Below, piece after piece: positions 23,985 through 31,239 of a stretch of DNA of 42,963 nt; positions within the stretch are counted from its first letter, which is position 1; the number at the start of each line of letters is the position of its first letter. The notes beneath the pieces are model-generated. The model saw nothing but the letters and a program-made list of their open reading frames with translations, was not told the origin of the DNA and searched no databases. Where the stretch lies: IMG/VR virus record IMGVR_UViG_3300045988_024953, one strand, 5' to 3'. The DNA is from a virus. The position numbers and the translations under genes are program-made.

Positions 23985-24541
23985 GCGCAACAAACAGAGG
24001 AGCACAGAGACGTGCATCTGACTTCTATCCTACACCAGAAACAGCCATAGAGGCCCTACTCGACAATTTTCCGCTCGGGGGGGGTATTAAGGTGTTAGAA
24101 CCAGGCGCGGGATCTGGCAACATTATCAGAGCACTGCGAAGATACGACAATATCACCATCGACGCGGTAGAAATCAGAGAGGAAGAACGCGAAACACTTG
24201 CAGAAATCGCTGACGATGTTCTGATCGGTGATTATATGAGCATGGAGCTCGGAAAGTATGACGCAATCATAGGGAACCCGCCCTTCTCCAATGCCATGGA
24301 TTTTGTAACAAAAAGCTACCAGCACTTAAACCCTGGCGGTGTGATAATCTTCCTACTTCGCACAGCGTTTCTTGAGTCTAAAGAACGCTTCCCATTCTGG
24401 AAAGAACACGCCGGAGAACTGGCTGGACTATACACGCTCCACCAGCGCCCGAGTTTTACCGGAAAAGAAACAGACGCCACAAGCTACTCCTGGTTTATCT
24501 GGAAACCAGGGAGCAACCAGAACACAATAAAAATTATTTAG
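23981..24541 (+). CDS. DNA N6-adenine methyltransferase (NPPF type)
   Basis: SAM-binding motif VLEPGAGSGN and catalytic IIGNPPF. Contains a G8 tract at 24077-24084. Confidence 0.8.
   Translation: MSATNRGAQRRASDFYPTPETAIEALLDNFPLGGGIKVLEPGAGSGNIIRALRRYDNITIDAVEIREEERETLAEIADDVLIGDYMSMELGKYDAIIGNPPFSNAMDFVTKSYQHLNPGGVIIFLLRTAFLESKERFPFWKEHAGELAGLYTLHQRPSFTGKETDATSYSWFIWKPGSNQNTIKII
24077..24084 (+). repeat. Homopolymeric G8 tract inside the methyltransferase gene
   Basis: Counted directly. It encodes the GGG in FPLGGGIKV and is in frame as assembled. Confidence 0.95.
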
Positions 24542-24551
24542 GAGGTACACC

Positions 24552-25076
24552 ATGAAAAAGAAATTGATCTATATTTGTTCGCCGTGCAGAGGCAACGACG
24601 GCAACTACGAGCACAACATTGAAATGGCTCAATATTACTGCAGAACAGTGATGCACATGTTCCCGAACCTGCTGCCGATCGCTCCCCATGTGTACTTCAC
24701 CCAGTTTCTCGACGACTCGGATCCTTGCGAACGCCGCATGGGAATGGTTGCGGGCATGGAACTCCTGGAGCAATGCTCAGAGGTGTGGGTGTTCGGGATG
24801 GAAAACCCGAGCGCAGGCATGAAAAAGGAAATTGCAAAAGCCAATGAGCTCGGCATCCCCATCGTAGATGCGGCAGAGGCGCTCACTATCCACTCCCCTG
24901 CTGCCGCCAGTGCCGCCATATCTGCTTCCGTAAGTGCGGCGGCACCACTGCTGAGAACGCCAGAGCTACATCCGGACATAAGTGTCAACGCGGTGCCGTT
25001 TCCTGACGTTGCCGACATAGAGGAGCAGCTTCGCAGAAATCTCATGAAGCAGCTCGTCAGAAGCACGGAGGTGTGA
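24552..25076 (+). CDS. DUF4406 / nucleoside 2-deoxyribosyltransferase-like protein
   Basis: IYICSPCRGN...APHVYF...CSEVWVFG...SAGMKKEI pattern of that fold family, recalled rather than searched. Confidence 0.45.
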   Translation: MKKKLIYICSPCRGNDGNYEHNIEMAQYYCRTVMHMFPNLLPIAPHVYFTQFLDDSDPCERRMGMVAGMELLEQCSEVWVFGMENPSAGMKKEIAKANELGIPIVDAAEALTIHSPAAASAAISASVSAAAPLLRTPELHPDISVNAVPFPDVADIEEQLRRNLMKQLVRSTEV

Positions 25077-25162
25077 AACATGGGGTACAAGCAAAAACAT
25101 CCGTACCTGGCACAGATCTGGTACATAATACGCAATTTATTGAGGAGGTGGCAACACTGAAC

Positions 25163-25768
25163 ATGGGACGAAACAATGAAGGATATCCGGATCCGACTGC
25201 TGCCGCTGCCATCGGAGAGGTGGCGAAGGCAGAGAGATCCGCAAGAGCAAACCGCTCACGCCTATCTGGTCAGTATTTTGAGGGAATGATCACAGCAAGC
25301 CTCAACTGGTACCGTGACATGGGCGTGGCATATATCGAAAAGACACCGGAGCCGATGAAACCGCTCAGAGCTCCGAACCGCCAGGGGCAATTCCTGGCAT
25401 GTTTTACTAAGCAGGGACAGCCAGACTTCAAAGGAACACTAACCGGCGGCCGTTCTGTTGTATTTGAGGCAAAACATACAGACGACGACAAAATCGAGTA
25501 CGGCAGGTTGACACACGAACAGATCGAAGCTCTCAGCCAGCACCACAAGCTCGGAGCTGCTGCCTTCGTTCTGGTCAGCATCAAGCTGGAGAACTTCTAC
25601 CGCATCCCATGGACTACATGGCGCGACATGAAGCAGATATATGGCCGCAAGCACATCAAGCAGGCAGAGCTTGAGCCATTCCGACTGCAGTATATATCCG
25701 GGGTGATCAAGATGCTGGAGGGCATTGAGATCTCATACACGGAGGAAGGAGACGAAAATGAGCAGTAA
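25163..25768 (+). CDS. RecU-like Holliday junction resolvase
   Basis: PDFKGTLTGGRSVVFEAKHT...EQIEAL...GAAAFVLV motifs. The ORF is open from a GTG at 25073, so the start is uncertain. Confidence 0.65.
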   Translation: MGRNNEGYPDPTAAAAIGEVAKAERSARANRSRLSGQYFEGMITASLNWYRDMGVAYIEKTPEPMKPLRAPNRQGQFLACFTKQGQPDFKGTLTGGRSVVFEAKHTDDDKIEYGRLTHEQIEALSQHHKLGAAAFVLVSIKLENFYRIPWTTWRDMKQIYGRKHIKQAELEPFRLQYISGVIKMLEGIEISYTEEGDENEQ

Positions 25769-26561
25769 ACTCTCACAATTATGTGACAAGTATCAGGCGA
25801 TTGTTTTCTTTGATACAGAGACCACTGGGCTGGATCCGAATGTTGACCAGATCATTGAGCTGGCAGCAGTACGGATAACAAGAAACCAAGCAGGCTTCCT
25901 GGTACTGGACGAAAAGATGGACGCCTTCGTGAAACTTCTGGAAGTGCAAAAGCTCCCGGACAAAATTGTGGAGCTGACACATATCACCGATGAAATGATC
26001 CAAAAGGATGGCGTTGATGCGACTGCTGCCGCTTCCGCCTTCAATAATTTGATCAGAGGACGCACTCTTCTGGTTGCACACAACGCACAGTTTGACCTGT
26101 TATTCAGTCGCGCACTGCTGCACTATACGGACATAGGCACCGCAAGGCTGGACGCCTGCGATTATATCGACAGCCTGACAGTCTACAAAGACCGCGCAGC
26201 ATATCCTCATAAGCTCGCCAATGCAATCGAGCATTACAGTCTGGAGGGAAAAGTCAAAAACTCCCACAGAGCCATTGATGATGTGCTGGCGCTCTACTGC
26301 GTCACCTATGCGATGGCTGAGGAGCGGATGGACCTGGAGCAGTATGTCAATATATTCGGCTACAACAACCGCTACGGCATCATGGAACCGAAACTTGAAA
26401 AGGTAACATATCACGCCCAGAGCTACAACAACTACATCACGGACGACCGCACCACTCTCCCTGCAATCATTCGGACAGAAAACGGAGAAGGCGATCAGCT
26501 GACGCTCGACGCATTTTACGAAAAGGAGGCAGCGGGCCATGGAACTGAACCAGGTTTATGA
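25758..26561 (+). CDS. DnaQ-like 3'-5' exonuclease
   Basis: Exo I motif FFDTETTGL, Exo II LVAHNAQFD, Exo III HRAIDDV. Confidence 0.85.
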   Translation: MSSKLSQLCDKYQAIVFFDTETTGLDPNVDQIIELAAVRITRNQAGFLVLDEKMDAFVKLLEVQKLPDKIVELTHITDEMIQKDGVDATAAASAFNNLIRGRTLLVAHNAQFDLLFSRALLHYTDIGTARLDACDYIDSLTVYKDRAAYPHKLANAIEHYSLEGKVKNSHRAIDDVLALYCVTYAMAEERMDLEQYVNIFGYNNRYGIMEPKLEKVTYHAQSYNNYITDDRTTLPAIIRTENGEGDQLTLDAFYEKEAAGHGTEPGL

Positions 26562-27306
26562 CATTGACTGCATCCAGGGCATGAAGCAGCTGGAAGCTGA
26601 AAGCATTGACATGATCCTCTGCGACCTTCCGTATGGCATAACCGCCAGAAACAGATGGGACACACCAATCGACATGACAGAGCTCTGGCAGCAGTACAGA
26701 CGGATCATAAAGGAACACGGCGCGATCGTTCTGTTTGGTACCGGCATTTTCACTGCAGACATGATGGCAGCAGGCCGTGATCTATACCGGTACAATCTGA
26801 TCTGGCAGAAAACCAACGCCACGAACTTTCTCAACGCGAACCGGATGCCGCTCCGGACGCACGAGGACATCATGGTGTTTTATAAAAAGCTCCCGCCATA
26901 CCACCCGCAAAAGACCGGCGGACACAAACCGGTCAACAACTACACCAAGTCTGGAGACGACGGCACCAACTACGGAAGAACGAAGCGAGGTATCAGAGGC
27001 GGAGGAAACACTGACCGATACCCTACTTCGATTATCCGGGCAAAATCAGACAAGCAACACCTGGCACTGCATCCAACACAGAAGCCGGTGGATCTTCTGA
27101 GGTGGCTGATCCGGACATACACAGACGAGGGCGCCCTGGTGCTGGATAACGCCTGCGGCAGCGGGAGCACCTGCGTGGCAGCAGTCGAGGAAGGTCGCAA
27201 CTACATCGGCATGGATAACGGAACGTGCGAGAACAAAAACAGCCCATTCTACTGCCGCCCATGGGCTGAGGTAGCGGCGACAAGGATCGAGGCGGTACAT
27301 GGATAA
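26539..27306 (+). CDS. DNA methyltransferase, N4/N6 (beta-class, DPPY-type)
   Basis: CDLPYG catalytic motif near the N-terminus and HPTQKPVDLLRWLI...DNACGSGST near the C-terminus. Confidence 0.85.
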   Translation: MELNQVYDIDCIQGMKQLEAESIDMILCDLPYGITARNRWDTPIDMTELWQQYRRIIKEHGAIVLFGTGIFTADMMAAGRDLYRYNLIWQKTNATNFLNANRMPLRTHEDIMVFYKKLPPYHPQKTGGHKPVNNYTKSGDDGTNYGRTKRGIRGGGNTDRYPTSIIRAKSDKQHLALHPTQKPVDLLRWLIRTYTDEGALVLDNACGSGSTCVAAVEEGRNYIGMDNGTCENKNSPFYCRPWAEVAATRIEAVHG

Positions 27307-27449
27307 ATGCGGCGCCTATAACCTGAGGGAAGTCTCAGAGGACGCCGCCAAGGCATATTATGAACAGCTGAAAATGACACACTGCTGCCCTCTGTTATGC
27401 ACACAACTGCAGCGGATAATGTGGATAACTCAGCGGGAAGGAGAAAGAA

Positions 27450-27674
27450 ATGAGGAAGAAACACAAAGACCAGGCTCACCGGCTGAGAGTTCTCACTGGT
27501 AAAGAAAAGGAAAACGAGCCGAACGGCTTCTGCAGTCTGCTTATGAGTAGATGCCCGGAAGCTACTGGAGACGATACAGAGTATTGCAAAACAAAGTGCA
27601 AGCTCGGCAGGCTTGCCGTGGAATACAAGAAACGAGGGGACGAGCTTGACAGACAACACCCGTACAAGTATTAA
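27450..27674 (+). CDS. Hypothetical small Cys-containing protein
   Basis: GGAGAA RBS-like sequence before the ATG at 27450. 74 aa. Weak support. Confidence 0.35.
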   Translation: MRKKHKDQAHRLRVLTGKEKENEPNGFCSLLMSRCPEATGDDTEYCKTKCKLGRLAVEYKKRGDELDRQHPYKY

Positions 27675-27684
27675 GGAGGACGAC

Positions 27685-29034
27685 ATGGACGAAGAAAAGA
27701 AAACAATCACACCAAAGGCAACGGCGGACGGAGTTCCGGTCTACTGCTCCCACGATGCCGTTGTTGATACGATAAAGATGGTGCCAAACCCGGCGAACCC
27801 AAACAAGCACCCTGACGACCAGATCAAGTTACTGGCCAAGATCATCAAGGCATCCGGATGGCGTCAGCCGATCACAGTGAGCAAACGCTCCGGCTTTATC
27901 GTAAAAGGACACGGCAGACTAATGGCTGCACAGCTGGCAGGCTTCAAGCAGGTGCCGGTTGATTACCAGGAATACGCAAGCGAGGCTGAGGAGTATGCGG
28001 ATCTAATCGCGGACAACCGCATCGCAGAGCTGGCAGAGATTGATCAGAAGATGCTGGCGGACATATTCGCAGAGATTGACACTGGGGAGATTGATCTCGA
28101 CCAGACCGGATACACAGATCAGGAAGTTGAACAGCTTGTCACATCCCTGGCTGAAAGTTTACACCAGGAGCTTGATGTCGACAGCAACGCGAACGATGCA
28201 CCGGAGGCACCAGCTGAACCGGTTACACAATACGGAGACATATGGATCCTGGGAGACAACCGCGTTATGTGCGGCAACTCCACCAGTGCAGATGACCGTG
28301 CCCTCCTACTTGATGGAGCTGCTCCGGAGATCCTGCTCACAGATCCACCATACTGCTCCGGCGGGCAGCAGGAGTCAAAGAAAAGCGTTGGAAGCATCGG
28401 CACCGTACAGAAAGGCGGCAAGGTGCCAAAGATTGCAAATGATATACTAAGCACAAGAGGCTACCAGAATTTGATCAAGGGAGCCCTCACAGATCTGCCG
28501 TGCCTATACTCCTATATCTTTACAGATTGGCGCATGTGGATCTATCTCTTTGATCTGACGGAAGGCGCAGGCTTCGGCGTCAAGAGCATGATCGTCTGGG
28601 ATAAAGAGACACCCGGCATGGGAATGGGATGGAGATCCCAGCACGAACTCTGTATGTTCGGAGCAAAAGCCGCCACTCACTTCGACGGACACAAAGGTTA
28701 CGGCAATGTGATCCGATGCAGCAGGTCCGGCAACGAACTCCACCCGACACAGAAACCGCTGGAGCTGATCGAGGCACTGCTTGACAACACAGACTTTGCG
28801 AACGGCGTCTACGATCCGTTTGGTGGAAGCGGCACTACCCTCGCGGCAGCAGTCAACAAAGGGCAGCCCGCATGGATCATGGAGCTGACGCCAGCATATA
28901 CGGACATCATAGTCAAGAGATACATCCGCATGACCGGAGACAAACAGATCAAATGCATCCGCCAAGGCCAGGAGCTACCACTCGAAGAATATGAGCGCAT
29001 CCTGGAGAGCGACGAAGGAGGTGGCGGGGAGTGA
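27685..29034 (+). CDS. ParB-domain / DNA methyltransferase fusion protein
   Basis: AAGGAGG before the ATG at 27685. N-terminal ParB-like NPANPNKH...KGHGRLMAA, then TDPPYCSG and HPTQKPLELIEALL...DPFGGSGTT. Confidence 0.85.
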   Translation: MDEEKKTITPKATADGVPVYCSHDAVVDTIKMVPNPANPNKHPDDQIKLLAKIIKASGWRQPITVSKRSGFIVKGHGRLMAAQLAGFKQVPVDYQEYASEAEEYADLIADNRIAELAEIDQKMLADIFAEIDTGEIDLDQTGYTDQEVEQLVTSLAESLHQELDVDSNANDAPEAPAEPVTQYGDIWILGDNRVMCGNSTSADDRALLLDGAAPEILLTDPPYCSGGQQESKKSVGSIGTVQKGGKVPKIANDILSTRGYQNLIKGALTDLPCLYSYIFTDWRMWIYLFDLTEGAGFGVKSMIVWDKETPGMGMGWRSQHELCMFGAKAATHFDGHKGYGNVIRCSRSGNELHPTQKPLELIEALLDNTDFANGVYDPFGGSGTTLAAAVNKGQPAWIMELTPAYTDIIVKRYIRMTGDKQIKCIRQGQELPLEEYERILESDEGGGGE

Positions 29035-29046
29035 TGCACCTGAGCA

Positions 29047-29541
29047 ATGGAACAACAACCAACTAAGAAACGTACCGACGCCATAAAGGAGAGACTACAG
29101 AACTACTCCGACATGGTGCGGGAATTTGAAAACCAGAACGAAAGATACGTCCGACTTGTCACCGCAATGGAGAGCCCAAAGGTCCAGAGCTTCGACACAA
29201 TGCCAGGAGGCGGCACGGCAGCAGGCGACCGCATGACTGTCAACATCGCACGAAAGATTGAACTCGAGAAAAGCCTGGAAGGTGACGAGAAGGCAATCAA
29301 AGAAGAACGAGCACAGCTCGAGAGATTGATCCGCAAGGTGAAGAAACCAGACGAGCGCGCTGTCATCCGCATGAAATACTTTGACGGTATGGGATGGACC
29401 GACATCGCTGACGCATTATTCAGAAAGATGCCAGACTTCAACAAGGCGGCGCGCTTATATCTGGATAAAGCGTACAAACTTCACGGCACTGCCCTCCTCA
29501 GCCTCGCAGAAGCTCAGGAAAAGGCAGAGGCAACCAACTGA
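29047..29541 (+). CDS. Sigma-70 region-4-like late transcriptional regulator (ArpU/RinA-type)
   Basis: C-terminal ERAVIRMKYFDGMGWTDIADAL HTH. It is the last gene before the packaging/structural operon. Confidence 0.6.
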   Translation: MEQQPTKKRTDAIKERLQNYSDMVREFENQNERYVRLVTAMESPKVQSFDTMPGGGTAAGDRMTVNIARKIELEKSLEGDEKAIKEERAQLERLIRKVKKPDERAVIRMKYFDGMGWTDIADALFRKMPDFNKAARLYLDKAYKLHGTALLSLAEAQEKAEATN

Positions 29542-29688
29542 ACCTAAAAAGAAAACAAACGCGAGAATGAGGCACACACGAGCTCACAGCGGCATAATTC
29601 GGAAGTGTTTGGAAGTAATCAGAATAAACAGGAAGTTTACAACAGCCACATGGCTGCGATATTGTAATATAGACATATAGCGAAAAGC

Positions 29689-29726
29689 AAGGGCAGGCGC
29701 TCACATGAGTGCACTGCTCTTTTATT
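29689..29726 (+). terminator. Candidate stem-loop terminator/attenuator
   Basis: About 14 bp of imperfect stem (gggcaggcgctc / gagtgcactgctc, with one bulge and G-U pairs) followed by tttatt. Confidence 0.35.
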
Positions 29727-29750
29727 ATGCGCACAAGGAGGTGGATGCAA

Positions 29751-30413
29751 ATGCCTCAGGGCTCAATGCAGGTATCTCTCAGCAACTATGCCGCACTATG
29801 CAAAGACCTCCAGGCTATGAATGGAGATGCAACGAAAGCCATCCAGCGAACAGCGTCGGACTTTAAGAGTCGAGCACCGGCGTGGATCGGCGCGGCCGTG
29901 ACTGAGGAATACACAATCAAGAAGTCCGAAGTCAAAGGCGCACTCACTGGAGCCAAGAAGATCGGATCCATTAAAGTGTCAGGCGTCGAAGTTGACAACA
30001 TCGGGCTGGAGTACAGTGGCCGCCCTCTCACACCGACGCACTTCAAAATGAAACCAAAGAAGCCAAGCATCAAGCGAGAGAAAGAGCCGCGCCTCATTCC
30101 GGGTGAAAACACCAACAGCGACGCCGATGTCGTGACCGCCTTCCCGATCAAAGCCTACAACGTAACGGCTGAGATCCACAAAGGACAAGCCAAGAGCCTC
30201 GGCTCCGATGTATTCCTGGGGAGCAACGGAGGGGCTGGTTACATTCCATTCCAACGTACCGGAGACAGCCGCACACCAATCAAGTCAATCAAGACTGTCA
30301 GCGTTCCGCAGATGATCACAAACGAAAAGGTTGCCGCCACAATCCAGAAGAACATCGAGGAAGGAATGACCAGCCGACTGGAGCACCACATCCAGCAGGC
30401 CATGGGTAAGTGA
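29751..30413 (+). CDS. gpZ-like tail completion protein (prophage minor tail protein Z family)
   Basis: Overall pattern (AIQRTASDF...IKVSG...IHKGQAKSLGSDVFLG...IPFQRTG...) resembles lambda gpZ. AAGGAGG at 29735-29741. Confidence 0.45.
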   Translation: MPQGSMQVSLSNYAALCKDLQAMNGDATKAIQRTASDFKSRAPAWIGAAVTEEYTIKKSEVKGALTGAKKIGSIKVSGVEVDNIGLEYSGRPLTPTHFKMKPKKPSIKREKEPRLIPGENTNSDADVVTAFPIKAYNVTAEIHKGQAKSLGSDVFLGSNGGAGYIPFQRTGDSRTPIKSIKTVSVPQMITNEKVAATIQKNIEEGMTSRLEHHIQQAMGK

Positions 30414-30669
30414 GCCGCCACCATGCGGCCGCTCCGCCCACGCATCCCGCCGCCACCGCCAGGAAAACAACGAGCGAACAAACCGAAGTCGAACACGACC
30501 GCGCGCCCGCCGAAAAAAATTCTCAACGCCGAAGGTACTGTGACTGTCATCACTACCCTGCGGTGCTGGCGAGCCCAGAAATCGAAAATTTTTTTGAAAA
30601 AAATTTTTTGCCGTTTCGTTTCGCCTGGCCGGTGCTCGTTGCCAAGATACCGGAAGGAGGGAGTCACAC
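30414..30669 (+). promoter_or_regulatory. Non-coding region upstream of terS: candidate cos/terminase-recognition region
   Basis: GC-rich block (30414-30517), A4T7-G-A7T6 palindrome (30585-30609), and flanking direct repeats CGGTGCT... at 30561 and 30630. Confidence 0.5.
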
Positions 30670-31239
30670 ATGGCAGAGAAAAAAGGAGCGCAAAATCTTC
30701 AAGGCTCTGACGTCATTGCCAAGCTGTTCGACGTGACACCTCGAAGGATCCAGCAGCTCACAAAGGAAGGCGTCATCGTTGCCACAAAAGAAGGCAATGC
30801 CTACAAGTACGATCTGTTGCCTACCATTCAGAGATACATCAAGTATTTGAGCGACAAGGCAAACGGACGCGATAAAAAAGACGAAAAAACAGACCAGGAA
30901 AAAGCCAGAGCCGAGGCAGATCTCAAAAGGGCCAAGGCTGACATGGCCGAGATCCAGCTCAAGGAGCTCAAGGGAAAAATGCACCGCAGCGAAGATGTTG
31001 AGGCATTAACCAGCGACCTGGTCTATACCATCAGGAGCATGATCATCGCACTCCCTGGAAGGCTGGCCGTTGACGTCGCGGCGGTCTCGACTGCTCCAGA
31101 GGCTTCTGAGCTTATCAGAGCTGAGTGCTTTGCCATCCTGGAGGAATTGAGCAATTACAAATACGATCCCGAAGAATATGCTCGGCGGGTAAGGGATCGA
31201 GAAGGCTGGCAAGAGCTAAACGATGGCGACGACGAGTAA
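30670..31239 (+). CDS. terS: Terminase small subunit (Nu1-like HTH)
   Basis: N-terminal HTH IAKLFDVTPRRIQQLTKEGVI. Coiled-coil middle section. It overlaps the terL start. Confidence 0.7.
   Translation: MAEKKGAQNLQGSDVIAKLFDVTPRRIQQLTKEGVIVATKEGNAYKYDLLPTIQRYIKYLSDKANGRDKKDEKTDQEKARAEADLKRAKADMAEIQLKELKGKMHRSEDVEALTSDLVYTIRSMIIALPGRLAVDVAAVSTAPEASELIRAECFAILEELSNYKYDPEEYARRVRDREGWQELNDGDDE

Noticed and set aside
27299-27502. 67-aa ORF overlapping the methyltransferase stop and the next small ORF
   Set aside because: There is no clear RBS, it overlaps the better-contexted 27450 ORF by 53 nt, and it has no motifs. Support is insufficient to call it, but it is not excluded.
30239-30736. ORFs 30410-30736, 30423-30710 (+) and 30239-30667, 30285-30671 (-) across the terS-upstream gap
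   Set aside because: They have no RBS, give Pro/Arg/Ala-rich translations driven by the GC-rich block, and run through the A/T palindrome. The interval is better explained as a cos/regulatory region.
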